NCBI GenBank assembly: GCA_050084985.1
Contig: JBITNC010000001.1
Span: forward strand, 173,972,001-174,036,000
DNA length: 64,000 nucleotides
Reading direction: 5' to 3'
Origin: Nageia nagi
Lineage: Eukaryota; Plantae; Pinophyta
Of the stretch, positions 29,701 through 43,045 are shown in pieces; the first letter of the stretch is position 1; every line of letters begins with the position of its first letter. The notes beneath the pieces are model-generated. The model made no database searches. It was not told the origin of the DNA and saw nothing but the letters and a program-made list of their open reading frames with translations. Position numbers and translations under genes: made by a program.

Positions 29701-31134
29701 GCATAGGGTCTTAAGGACTTTCCACAGAGTTCAAATCTTGTTCAACGAACATGGAGAAAGAAAACAAACAATTCCTAGTTTCAAATCCGTAAGAGGATTT
29801 CGTAATATTTAGAGGAACTGATGCAGAGCAGTGTTGTCTGTTCCTCAAAGTTCGAGTCCCTTAAGACTACACAGGAATGATAAAAAAAAGTTTTATCACA
29901 GAGTAGTATATGCCTATCGACCGTTAAGTATTCAAAAATCAATCTGAAACTATGATTCTTACTGTAAGGAATGGATTCTTATCATTCTCTCGACGCCCAA
30001 ATTCATTTATAATACAACTTCAATGGCGATGTAGGGATTTTTACATTTTTACAGGAATGAAGCAAGCTCATATGAACATTTGGTATTCCTGCTACGCCAT
30101 TGGTATTCAAGTCATGGATTTGAAAACTAATGAAAAAAATTCAAGTTCTTTTGCTAGTAAAAGCATATACGGCCAAAGGGTACTTAGGGAGTATTCTAAT
30201 CCATCAATAAAGTAATTTAGCTATCCTTCAAACATTGAACTCAAACACAACAAGCTTTAAATGAAATTTATCACTTTATTTCTCCTTCTAAGAGGAGTAT
30301 AAACCTCACATGCAAATTAATAAAATCTTTATTTCAAGGAAAAGCATACTATTAATAGTCATTAGCTTCATTAATATTTATTCTTAAACCATATTCCTTT
30401 TCCTCAACATACCTAATAATTTCAAAGAATCTTATCGTATCTAGTTATTAACAAAAATGAAGAGGAGAATAATAAACTACACTTCTTTACTTTTAAGAGA
30501 AAAGACAAGGTACCAACCATCACATGTAATATATCACACAAATAACATGTCCTTTTCAAATAAACGAGACTTTTATCAAATAATCCTTACATACCACATA
30601 CCAAGTAAAACTACTTTAACTAAGCATTTTAGCTTTATTGTCTAAAATGCAAAAGAATGCACTTGGATTTCGAGAGGGAGAGACTTCTTTCATCACGTAA
30701 CTTTACACCCAAAGTTTGATAATAACAATAATGAGATAGTAGATAGGTGTTTTCTTAATGTTCCACCCTCCTATTTATAGCCAAAGAGGTTCAAGTGTGT
30801 CCAAATGAACGCCTTCTCATCCCTTCAATAATGTTTGGGGTAGGTTTGATTAAAGTTATTGATGATTGTAATGGCATTTAATACCTTGGAACCTTTTTTA
30901 TTAACTGAAAAATTAGTGCCAACTATTATCCATACCTAACACAAGGAAATAAAAATAAATAGGGTCATTACTCTATTATTTACATCAACTATTAAATATT
31001 TTGGAACAATCATATAATATCAAAAAATCATCATCATAACATAGTTCTTCTATCCAATCACATCAATATACCATCATCATGATAAAAAAATAAAACTATC
31101 ATCAATCAATGAATATAAATCCATAAGCATATCA

Positions 31135-32640
31135 AAGTCTAAGAGTTCTATCATAATGTTTAAAAGCCTCCAAAATTAGGGGCATCATCTTGACCACTAG
31201 TCTTTCCATCGTGGCCACTAGTCTCACCAACATCCAATTCTCTCTATGTTGATAGACTACCCAAACTCCTCTCTTTGTTAGTCGCTTAAAGATTTGTAGA
31301 AGAAGGTCGATGGTGAGAGGATATAATTGTGGCACTCCTACTAGGAGCTACCTAAATCCTACCTCTTACCCCCTATGTATTGGCACCATCCAAAGTATGA
31401 CTACCTGTTGGATGAAGTAGAGTGCAAATATCCAATAGAATATAACCTGGAGGAGGTATGGGGTAGTCTAAACTTGGATAATACATAGGAACACCCACAA
31501 GCCATGTGTTAGAAATCCCTCGATAATAATCTCTTTATCTGCATATATCTCTAATAAAGGCTAAAGAGTGTTACTTTGATCCCTATGTTGTACCCTTAGA
31601 TCCCATATACTAATGTAAAGATTGAATAACAATCTAAGCCATGCCTTTCTCATGGCAATATCTATCCCACTTAACCCTATAATGAATATGATCCTCCTCT
31701 AAATGATGAAACTGTTGAATTTAATCTCTAAGAGCCTAGTTGTCCTGTCAATACTAAGAAAACATGAACCTCCTCCTCTTAAGTGGACTCACCTTAGGGC
31801 AAATCCTCCTTTGCATGAACCTCCATCTTAGGTATATCTCCCTGCTGGGGCATATCCACATAAATTATTTGCCCTCCTACTGGCTCCTCGATCACATCAT
31901 CCACTCTTTATCATACTTGTCGATCCTCATCACCCTCATCATCATCCTCCTCCATCTTTAAAGACCATCAAGCAACATAAACCTCAGTGACTCCCATATC
32001 ATCCTCATTAATCTCCTCATCCACATCCTCATCACTAGTCAAATCTTTGATATTGCACAAATTCTGGAGGGACATATTAAACCAAACCAAATCAGCATCT
32101 GACTCGCTCAAAATGAAAATACTCCAAAAACTTTTTCTTACAACCACTAAGAACTTTGGCCTACCATATGCCCACAAGCTCCTCATCTGGCAATAAATGA
32201 TCAGGTACAATATGACTTAATACTCCATGATAATATTTGACATCTCATCAAAAACCATCTATGGGGTGAATGTAATAGTCCTCATGCCACTTCTAAATCC
32301 TCGCTACATAAGAAATTGTATTTGCAAATTTAGGGTTTAGGAGTTCATGAGGGTGTACAATGGTTATCTTCTCATACGCCCATGCCTGTAGTGTGATAGT
32401 AACTATTAAGGAAGTCCTCTACCCCTGAGTATGGGAAAATATCTCACTTTAGCATTGAGCTATTAAGGTGGGAGCCCAAGCAAACACCATGCTATGCTAT
32501 AACATGTCCACCATGACTTGAATAAGCGACCATGGGAATCAACCACTCCCTATGTCGAGAAATGTATAACACTGGATTAGCCCCATCAAATAGGAGAATC
32601 TAATGCTCCCTTGTTGGTCCTCTCTCTACAACTAATAATA
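31135..32640 (-). pseudogene. Antisense plant mobile domain (PMD, MAIN/MAIL-like) ORF remnant of element C
   Basis: Minus-strand translation: RFSYLMGLIQCYTFLDIGSG...VFAWAPTLIAQC...LQAWAYEKI...EYFHFERVRC*FGLV*YVPP, then an acidic tract. Matches PMD motifs LFPD.SG, YAWG...LA.LY, LQ.W.YE and RV.RQFG..Q.IP. Confidence 0.8.
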
Positions 32641-32766
32641 CCTAATACCACATGATTTGATCTCATACATAATGCTAGAAATAGAGGTAAAAAATACCTA
32701 ATACCACCCACTTTTAAAATAAAAGAAATTTTTGAATTATCCTCCACTTTCATCAGCAAATAATTC

Positions 32767-32780
32767 AAAAAGGGGCAAAA
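32767..32780 (+). promoter_or_regulatory. Polypurine tract of element C
   Basis: aaaaaggggcaaaa immediately before the TG of the 3' LTR. Confidence 0.85.
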
Positions 32781-33685
32781 TGTAGACACCCAAAAATGAT
32801 CCCGTTTTCAAAATTCAAAAGAGGGATAAAAAATTAAAATATTATTATATAAGTTATAATTAATGCTGAAACACCAATGCCCAATAGTCAATTTTCAATG
32901 ATTTGAATCAAATGTCAACATCCACTCCAAGGATGTCGATGATTATAATTAGCAAGATCAAAATTAAAAGGTGAGCTATTGAGGGACTGATCCATCAAAT
33001 CTATGGATAAGGGATGATTCATGGTCAATCCCATAGATTTAATCTCGAGATCACGATGATTATGGATTTAGATGAGCTCTTGGATAAGGTTTTTTGCCTC
33101 CAAAATGTGAGATCTAACTAATTTTTAAATTTATAAATAAAACCTTTAGGAATGAAGAAAGGGACCCAAATTCAAAGTAAAGCCACTCTCCATAAATTCA
33201 TGTAGGCTATTTTATGAGTTAAGTGATGTTATTTCATGATTATTTATTCATTTCAGTATTGTATGTTTTAATATGAGTAGGTATGTTTGATGTTTTATTC
33301 TTGCATGTGTGTAGGGTCCACAAGTGTTGATTAATAAAACATTGGAGGTTTTTTTAAGGTGACAACAGCTAGGAACCAAAATGTAGCTAAAGAACAATAA
33401 GGAGAGAAATCAATAGTTTACACAAAAGTTATAGAAATGCCAACGATTACCTATCAGATGCCCACGACTGAACATAATCGCTAGCAATTTCAAATAGAAC
33501 ATTGGCAACTTTGTAAGAGCCAAAGAGGCTCAACATCAAAATTTTATAAAAGCCCTTCTAATAAGGCACACTGAATCTAGTGATTCGCATATGTAAAATT
33601 AAGGTCACATAGAGATGTAATAGAACATTCATTTGTATTAATAAAATTCATCTATCTATGAATAAGTTGCATTTTTATATCAACA
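32781..33685 (+). repeat. 3' LTR of element C
   Basis: tgtagacacccaaaaatg...catttttatatcaaca followed by TSD gctag. Confidence 0.93.
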
Positions 33686-34039
33686 GCTAGCATGATCGTA
33701 TCATTGGGCCTCACTCACCTCGATTCCTAATTATTTAGCATAGCCATTAATTGGTACCCTTTGCATTTACCATATCATTAAGATCATCTAGCATTTGTCT
33801 CTTATTATGTAGTAGGTTTGCATACCTACGCATACCCTTCATATCAATAAAACATCATTAAACATTGATCATTAATAATAATTATTAATATCTTATTGAT
33901 CATTATCATTTCATCATTAAAAATTATCAATATCTTATTGATCATCATTAAAATATCAATATAATCATTCATCATTTATCAAATCAATAATAAGCATCAT
34001 TAATCTTTAGCTTTTGAGTTGAGTTTCGCATCTGGCATC

Positions 34040-35942
34040 TATAAACACCTCAAAATCACCATTTGGTCCTAATCGTTTAAATCTTAGCATTTTCATCCTA
34101 ATTGCTCCCTCATAGTCATGTTTTTACTTTATATATTAAGCACAAATTGATATACCAGTTTCTCTGGATGGTTAACCGGTTAGCTTGCTAACCGACCAAC
34201 TAGCTAGGTCAACTGACCTACCAATCCAATGTCAGAACTATAAAGTCAAATTTAAAATCCATTTTTTCTCTCTTGTTTTTTCAAATCCTCTTACCTCTTG
34301 ACCATTATGGAGCCTTCTCTCTCATACATCTGAAGCCTTGAGTAAGATCGCAAGCCCTAATCACCTCTAGCACTCCCTCTCACATGTTTGGATCATTCTT
34401 ATAGGTGTTGAAGAGAATTGGTAGCTATCTTAGAGCTATTAGAATCACTATATCCTTTTTATATTGCATTTATTGTATTTGTGTGAGCATGTAATATTAT
34501 TGTAAGCTAGATTCATGGTAGTTTAGTCTTGTTTTGTCATTTTATCATTATCTTAACATAACATGACATATCACCTTACATTATAGGTATTTCCTTGCTT
34601 TATAATGCCCATTTGGTTGTGGGATAGCGATCCGAAAAGGAAATTCCGAGGTAAAAAAAATAAAGGTCTCAAAATGTGTTGTTGTTCTCTTCAAAATCAA
34701 AGTGCTCTTCGCCTACTCTTTAATATTTTTCCAACGTTTTCAAAATCCAAAATTGAATGTGTGAATTATTGAAGTTTGGAATTTATAATAAATAGTAATT
34801 AATGATTACTATTTATTTTTTAAAGGGTTTCCATCATTTGCAATCCCATATTCATGAAATTCCAAAAAATCATGTAAAATTTAATGGGAAAATTAAAATC
34901 CATTAAATGGAAAGGATATGGGCATCCATTTTAAAAATATTGGCAGGTCAATGAAGTCCAAGGAAGCCCAAGGAGCCGCGCATGATGGACGTTATGGGGA
35001 TTGGAGCCCACACTTGGACGACGTGGAGGTCAAATATCATAAGAAGATCCCTGTCATGGAGGGAGCCAAAGTTTGAAGGGAGCCGCAAGCTGAAAAACGT
35101 ATCGAATGCTTGCCAAGACCTGAAGCTGCCCAAAACTTAGATCAACCTGTCATTAATCTTTTCCAATCAAGAAGTCTATTCGCTCGCAGTCTCCATAAAC
35201 TGCCAACGTGATCTCTAAATGGAAGAAACCCACTAGCCTATTGCCAGCCAACATGAGCCTAAAACCATCGTCTTCATCCACGTAAAGGGGATTTAAATGG
35301 GGCTTGTTGGAATCGCCAAAGATATCAGACCTGTCATTCCACGTAGAGGAGGAGCATCGAGCTGTGAGAGCTTCCTACCAAAGTAGGAGATCAGGTAATA
35401 TTGGGGTTGTTGAAGCAGCTGACGAGAAGGATACCAAGGAGAAAAAACCCTTCAAAAGAGATTTAGTGGAGAGCCTACGGTGATCGTGTGTTTCGACTTC
35501 AAAAGAGTAAAGTAAGATGTTACATTCAAATGACATTGTAAAGTGGACTCTAGGATAATGGATCAACTTTTGTTGGATGTATACCACATCAATCGACCCA
35601 GGGTAAAATTGTGTCAATCTTTTTATGTGATTAATTTTTATTTCCACAAGAATAAAAATTAATAAAGTGTAAAGATCCAAAAGTGAACTTGTGAAAAGGG
35701 TTTATAGATCAGATAGGGGGTCTACATTCCTTGAAGGAGGTTTAACACCTCTTTTTGAGCACACTCTAGGGTATTAAAGGACTATAGTGTTGAGACTCCA
35801 TTTAACATTAGTATTTTACAGGTTTAGACATCAAGAGCATATCCCTTCATCATTTTCTCATAAGATAAACTCTAGAAAAAGCATGGTAGTGCAACCTTTA
35901 TCTGCCTCCCTTTTGGAGGATCACCACATTTGGATACCCACA
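34040..35942 (+). repeat. 3' LTR of element B, interrupted by a solo LTR
   Basis: tataaacacctcaaaat...tttggatacccaca; aligns to 3347-4139 on both sides of the insertion. Confidence 0.9.
34628..35711. mobile_element. Solo LTR (1084 bp) of an unrelated family
   Basis: Absent from the sister LTR; (c/t)gatc...gatca termini; exact TSD gatag at 34623-34627 and 35712-35716; no coding capacity. Confidence 0.85.
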
Positions 35943-35947
35943 CCACT

Positions 35948-35977
35948 TAGTAAATGAATTAGGATCCATTCCTAACA
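35948..35977 (-). repeat. Distal 30 bp of copia A 5' LTR
   Basis: Ends ...tcctaaca, the inverted partner of t(g/a)ttagga at 2662. Confidence 0.7.
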
Positions 35978-36989
35978 TTGACAATATGTAACAAAGAGAC
36001 ACCATCTCAACTAACTAGTTTCATACCAAATTCAATAACCTTTGCAAGTATTATTTTGATATGTGAAACTTTGATATGGTAGATACTTTTGCAAGTTTTT
36101 GTTTGATAAGTATTTTTGCAAATACATAATTTACTATTATTATTATTATTATTAAATAATTCATAAAATATTTATTCTATTTTATGAATAAGGGAAAATT
36201 ATATTACTCAACTTACTTGGAGTTTTGAAAGGATATTAGAAAATGTTTTTATGTCAACAAGAATTTGCAATGAAAAGATAATTTTTATTGGTGACAATAA
36301 TAAGTTCATCATCATATTGTCTCTAGTTTTATGCAATACCTACCAATGTTGGATCCCTTTTCTTATAGTATTTACCTACCACTCAAGAGTCATATTATGT
36401 TCTTTTACTCACAAGATGCTTTAAGAATTATGTCAAAAATTAAAGTTGATTCATAAGTTCAACAAAGTTAAAAAAAGTTATAAAATTTAGCATTACACAA
36501 ATGAGATGTTGACATATAACAAAATGGCTATTCCTATAAAGGAAAAAAGAAATCCAACTTGGATTTAGAACTCCATCTTATCTAACATAAAAAATTAAGG
36601 GAAGGTTATAAGGATATAACCCACCTTATATCTTTCACATTGAAAAAAATACAATTATAAAACAACTTTCAATAACAACATAAATATTGGAATCCACTGG
36701 TAATGCCCAATATAATATTATAAATGATGTGATCTTTGAGTTGAAATTATAATTATGTTTACAATAGCATTATCGATATGAACATAACTTATATTATAAC
36801 TATCTCTCTATACATTATTGAAGGACACTCAAGAGCCAAACAACTTGAAATGAAAAGTAAAATGAAAGCAACAAAATTTATCCTAATTTTCCACTCTTCT
36901 TGTTTCTTTGGATCCTTTTTGACATGAGAGAGATTTATTTGAGTGGCTCATTTTGAGGTAATTGGGTAATCTTTTTTCTTGTAATTGGT

Positions 36990-37210
36990 TTATCTTTTTG
37001 GTCGACCATATTTCAAAGCTATTTATTGCATCTCCTATTGTTTGAGAACCATCATTTAGGATGGGTAAGATGTATTCATCCTTTACATGTAATTGATTAA
37101 GCATACTAAAATATTACCGTAATCAATTATGGTAATTATCATTTGAATCAGTATTGTGGACCTTCCCAATCCCAACATGTTCTCCATGATCACCTAGTAG
37201 GAGCACTTTA
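36990..37210 (-). pseudogene. C-terminal domain remnant of a CACTA/En-Spm accessory (TnpA/TNP1-like) protein
   Basis: HVGIGKVHNTDSNDNYHN...YFSML...DEYILPILNDGSQTIGDAINSFEIW resembles the VA.G.V...H...LP.P....TI.DA....I.W signature. Element termini not found. Confidence 0.6.
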
Positions 37211-38639
37211 TCTCATATTTCAAAAAATTTATACCAAAATCATTATCAATTTGACTATGATAAGGCCTCACATTTGTTGTCATATTCAAAACAATTTACA
37301 ACTTCTTGGCCATTTTGAGTATATCCACATTCTTTTAAAAACTTCATGTACTTATTGCAAAGGAAATACTATTAAAAAGTATTTGAATAACTCTTTACAA
37401 CAATCCTTTCCTTTGCACATAAGTTACTTCTTCCTCCTATTCTTTCCTGGTAGCATTTTGTACATTTATGTCTCCTTGTCAAATTTCAATATATATGCAT
37501 TGCTACCTTGGTCCCTTAATTTTTCCCTAAGGGTATCAATTATATAACATGATTATTTTTTCACCTTGAGGAAAAAGAAATGCTCATTCTAGATAACAAT
37601 GAAATAGTTGATTTAATGTTATCATTTTTTATAAATTCCCACAACTCATCAAATGAAGGAGGGCCCTAAATAAATGGAATTTTTTCTTCTAAATCATTAA
37701 GGTGAAGGAAACCAAATAAGAACTTCTCATTAATCAAAATCAACAATCACAACTTTGCATTGATTACTACTGTCAAATCAAAATAACCATCAAGAAAATG
37801 ATTTTCATTTATATCCCATACTTACTTCCACTATGTACATATTATTTTCAATATTAATTCATCAAATTTTATTTTTTTTGGCAAGCAAGTTGGGTTTTGT
37901 TGTAATTAGTTATCTATAATTACTACCAAACCACTATAAGCATTCGACCTTACAACATGTTTACTTCATTAGTCTAATGAAGCCAAAGATGACTTTGTGA
38001 TTAGTTTTATTGTTTCATTTATGGTAAGTAATTTTTCTTTGATGAAACTAGCTTGACTAAAAATAATGTTGCTCATATACAAACCACTTCTATGATTATA
38101 ATCAATTCTAGCCATCTACATTGTTTGCATAGAAATGAATGAAATAAAATGATACTACTTGACTAGATTCTTATTTTCTATTATTAAATATTTTATTGCT
38201 AGAGAATCACATGTTCACCTATGTGGTGTTGACATCATTTTGTGGCAATTATCTAAAGGAATCATCTTTTGCCCCTTCACCTCCTTGAACTTCACACTAC
38301 TACAAGGATTTATGTTAGATATGTAGAAGATATATCAATGCAATAGATATGGAAAAGCTTCAAAACTCTTGCTAGGGATGATCATTACATTTAAATCAAG
38401 GCAAAAAAGAATTTAAAAAATATTATTGAGAATCACATTTTCACCTGCATTTTGTTGACATCAGTTGCATCACCACATGAAATTTGAATAGGTTCATCTA
38501 GTTTTTATTATTCAAATTGTTCATTTGTTATGTCTTATGCTTAAGAAGGAAGAAAACAAAGCTTGGCAATTCTATAGTGATAGAAGTAAAAAGAATGAAA
38601 CTTGGGAACTCCTAGAGTTACCAAAAGAAAAAGATATAC

Positions 38640-38865
38640 TTGTGTATACAAAATTATGGAAGAATTCACAAGGCCCAAAAATTATCCGATAAGGTGCATG
38701 ATGAAAACATTGCTTCATGGATTGCAATTATTAAACATTATGCAATTCATGGTTACAATAAGGATTCCCTTAAACACTTTGATATGATGAAGAACTTGGG
38801 AACTAACTGTGATAATATAACCTTTGTATGTATTCTACTAGCATATAGCCATGTAGGTCTGGTGG
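38640..38865 (+). pseudogene. PLS-class PPR gene fragment (S-P2-L2 region)
   Basis: YGRIHKAQKLSDKVHDENIASWIAIIKHYAIHGYNKDSLKHFDMMKNLGTNCDNITFVCILLAYSHVGLV. Confidence 0.88.
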
Positions 38866-40018
38866 TTACAATACCTCTTTTACAACCTCTTCATGTGTGA
38901 TCATTGTTAATTTGTTGTGGCAATTCTTTGGAGGCATTATCTCTTTCTCCTTCACCTCCTGGAAATTTACACTACTCCATGGATGTGATCTACATGTGGA
39001 AAATATATACCAATACCTCTTAAAGTCAATCTCAAATCAATCAAGAATTTAAAACATTCCAATGCCCTTTTTATAGCCTTTGACTATGTGAACGTTATTT
39101 CTTGTAACGATTGTTCAACTCATCATTTCTTCAAGGATGTATCTTAAATAAGAAAAAGATATATCAAATAAGTGACCAATAACACATAGTCAATTCTATG
39201 AAATGACTAATAATAAATAACAATGCCCATATTTTATGCTTATGAACTTTCTAAAGGATGAGCCTTTTTTATCATATCTCCATATGAAAGGATGACCTTA
39301 ACCTAGAAAGAAGGAATATGCCATGTAACCGTGGTCACAAATGGAACATTGTATAAGTAATAAGGTAATACCAATGTAAGTTTATAAAATCTTGTTTAGT
39401 GGTCACAATACCTCTTTTACAACCTCTTCACGTGTGATCATTATTTGTTGTGGCAATTATCTAGAGACATCATCTCCTTCTCCTTCACCTCCTTAAACTT
39501 CACACTACTCCATGGATGTGCTCTACGTATGGAAAAGAGAGATTAATATCTCTTAAACTCAAACTCAAAGTAATCAAGAATTTAAAATATTTCAGTACCC
39601 CTTTTTCAACCTTTGACCATGTGATTAATATTTCTTCTAGTGATCCTTGAAGTTGTCAATTCTCCAAGGATGTGTCTTAGATATGCAAAAGATAGATCAA
39701 AGAAGGGAACAATAAGAGTCAATAAAATACAACCAAATCTATGAAATGGCTAATAATACCATATATATGAAGGAAAATAATGATGCCCATATTCTAGGCT
39801 TATGAACTTTCTAAAATGTCATCCTTTTTATCATAGCTTCATATGAAAGCATGATCCTAACCTGTAAAGAAAGAAAGAAAGAAAATGCCATGTAACTAAA
39901 GTCACAAATGGAATATAGAATAAGGCGATACCAATATAAAATTATAACACCATGTTAATGGTCACAATACCTCTATATATGTGATCATTGTTTGTTGTGG
40001 CAATTCTCTAGAGGCATT
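38861..40018. repeat. About 540-560 bp tandem repeat: two full units plus a third split by copia D (continues 48174 to about 48295); partial unit near 38205-38470
   Basis: Units begin tggt(t/c)acaatacctc near 38863, 39400, 39959; ttcacactactccatggatgtg-like strings recur near 38292, 38968, 39499, 48206. Confidence 0.85.
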
Positions 40019-40317
40019 TATTATAACCCTAACCTTACCCTTGGGTTAAAGGGAGGTTAGGGAGGTGCTCTCAAGCTATAAATAGAGGGCCTCTCCTCTT
40101 GTAACAGAACTAAGTTTTTGGAGTAAGATTACTCTACTAGTTGTGTAGGAAAGGAAGAGAATAGTTGTAAGAGGGGCATACTTGAGAATTGAGATACTAG
40201 TTGTGGATGTACTCCCAAGGAGGGAGGAACCACATTATATGTGTGTTATCTTGTGTATGATTGAGTTTTCTAGTCTTGGTCCTTGAGGATTTGTTTAGAT
40301 CTAGCTTAAATCCTTCA
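40019..40317 (+). repeat. 5' LTR segment of D (TATA box, R/U5, ends ccttca); has no counterpart at the 3' end
   Basis: ctataaatag near 40076; CA end lies 3 nt before the PBS. Confidence 0.8.
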
Positions 40318-40320
40318 ATT

Positions 40321-40332
40321 TGGTATCAGAGC
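40321..40332 (+). promoter_or_regulatory. PBS of copia D (tRNA-iMet)
   Basis: tggtatcagagc, exact. Confidence 0.95.
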
Positions 40333-41057
40333 TTGGTGTGGAAGCTCTTCTTCTTGGTGTGGAAGCTTTTCTTTTGGTGTGGAAGCTACATCTTGGTGAT
40401 CCTTCTTCATTCCTCATCTTACACTCCATTGGTGAGGTAAATTCCAAGAGAAGGTATAAATTTCCTCCTCATTTGGTTATTTTATGGATTATTACATGAT
40501 GTTACTAACACATTACTTGCTATGTGTTAGTCCTTTTAAATTATGATTAACAAGTTGCAATTTTTTTTACTAATCCTCTATGTTATTTGCAATTTTTAAA
40601 TTGCTATAATTCTTTTAAAAAGGGTTAGTTTACAAAAATTGTAATTTTTTACATATTATATTGGAATTAAATGTATGTGTTGGTTCAATTTATCACAACA
40701 TTTGATTAAATACCAATATATGATGAAAATTGCAATATATACTAACATTCTTTATGTTATTACTATTTGCTTAAAAATAGTAATATATTATTGTGAAATT
40801 TCTCATATATATACTACCATTTTTTATGTTAGTGGTATTTTTATTGGTGAGGCATGAACATTTACAAAAATGAGAGGAGGATAATTTTTTTTTAGTCCTA
40901 CTACAAAATTGTTTTTGAGAAAGGGCACCATAATATATATATATATATATATATATATTTTAAATTTGTTTAAAATATAATCAAATAAAAATCCTTTCAA
41001 TTGCAAATAAATTACACCATACAAAAATTATTAATTTGGGGGGGGTCAAGAAAAATA

Positions 41058-41601
41058 GCGCACGCCCTGTTTGACACAATGCCAAATGTGGAAACGTAGG
41101 AAAGGGCCTGTGAATTGTTTGACAAAATGCCTCCTCACGATGCCGTCTCACAGGTTATGCACCAAATGAATGTGTTGAAAGGAACTATGGTCTGTTTGAC
41201 AAAATGCCTCACTGTAGTCTTCTGGCCTCCTCCACATCCTGCAATGGTCGACGGATCTGCATAAACCAGATACGTTGCTAGGTCTATGAATCATTTGCAA
41301 CACTGCATAATCATAGGATATGCATCAAACGGATACATTGAACGGGTTCGTGAATCGTTTGCCACTATGCATGATGCAGACCAAGTTTCATGACATACAA
41401 TGATCGTAGGTAATGCACAAAACATAGAGAAAGGCTCCGAAGCTGGAAGGAACGAGCGAATGAGTGCAGACAACATTCCCTGGACTACGATGATCGTCAG
41501 ATAAAATGGAAGCATAGAGAAGGCATCCAATTATTTGACTTGTTTGCATGATGCAGACACCAGTTCATGGCCTGCAAATGATCGCAGGATATGCACAAAC
41601 C
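41058..41601 (+). pseudogene. Mosaic of PLS-PPR fragments inside the leader of copia D
   Basis: AHALFDTMP / AKCGNVGK / ACELFDKMPPHDAVS / GYAPNECVERNYGLFDKMP / IIGYASNGYIERVRESFATMHDADQVS*HTMIVGNAQN / WTTMIV / GSIEKA...LHDADTSSW / MIAGYAQ. Confidence 0.8.
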
Positions 41602-43045
41602 AGTTGTTTCATGCTTAAATCCTTTTTAACGTGCCCCTCCTCCCTTGTCACCCTACAGTCATGAATTGGATGGTCAACAGCCACCCCACGCGACTTACCG
41701 ACTCTGCCCACGCTTCTTCCGCCCTGACGGACTGCGTTGGCACACACCTTAACCACACGACCTCCTCACCGACTTTGGCTCCTGCCACCTCTGTCCAGCC
41801 TCTCAACCTCCACGCAGCTTACCTTGGCCACCTTCCCTATTTTTTTTCAACAATAGTTGTTGAGCCTTAATGTAGGGATTTGATTTTTTTTTGCCTTGGT
41901 CAAAATTCAACATTTAAGGGCTTTTCCCTAAGTTTTTTTTTTTAAGTAAACAAAGGCTATATTTACTTAAAAAGCCTACTTCAAAGCCCAATTATAGCAT
42001 CCAAATTTTTTTTGGGATATCACATTACTTAACAAAAAAAGGGAGGAACCATACTTAAACACAATTTTTTAGCATCCAAGTTTTAGCACTTTAAGTAAAA
42101 ATGGGGGGAATTTTTATAATTTTTTTACTTAAATCTTTATGGATCTTGCATGCTAAGTTTATAATGCATGCCTCTTAACCTTGTTAGGAATCAAGCATGC
42201 TTAGTACTTAAAATTTTAAGTTAAATAATGCATGATGCATGTTTATTACTTAATTTTAAGTCATGGAATAATACATGTTTAAGTTATGGATTAATGCTAA
42301 GTAGGACTTAGCCTTTGTAAAATTCATTATTTTTTAACTTGAGCAAAAATATGAAAAATGTAAAAGTCCTTTAGGGGTTAGTACAAAACCCATTGGACTC
42401 TTAAGGTTTCAAGTTTCGTGTGGATGAAGTATTTTTACTTTACTTTATATTTTTGCACAATTGCTTTATACTTGCAATACGCAAAATATTGAAAGTAACC
42501 CCTAAAATGAACACATTCACACGTATTCTTCCACAACATGACTTGTTTGGGGAGCCACGAGGTGAGGACAGGGCAGACTGGAGCCTTTTAGTCCAAAGAC
42601 CCAAGTGGTGGTAAGTCCGTCTTAATTGCCCCTAAGACCTTTGTTGGATTGGACATAACTCTATTAGGTGGACAGGCATGTGTGTAGTGATACCACATGT
42701 TCGCACGTCCATTCAAGGATTATCCTGATAACCTAGGAGGAAAACTGAAAACCTTAATCAAGATAATTAAAATGGCCAGTCCAAGATACATCGGATCCTT
42801 GGAAAATAGTTGGTACTTCTCCTTGTGAGAGTATATTACTGACCAAGGTGAACTGGTTGAGGACTGGTAGTACCTGGGCTCCACTCTGCGGGCATCCAGG
42901 TGAAGGCCTAATTCTATACAAGAAAATAACCTCAACTTTATCCTTCTACGGATCGTGGTTTATAAGTTTGCACATGTTTACTTATGTTTTATTTGTATAG
43001 ATGGTAAAATTTGCATTCTTATTGCATATTTACTTTTTTGTAGCA

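Noticed and set aside
38295-38306. cactactacaag as a CACTA terminus
   Set aside because: The same string recurs inside each tandem unit, and no partner TIR or 3-bp TSD was found.
40024-40062. Telomere-like taaccctaacc at the left end of copia D
   Set aside because: Under two units, not TTTAGGG-type; better explained as a small hairpin in the LTR.
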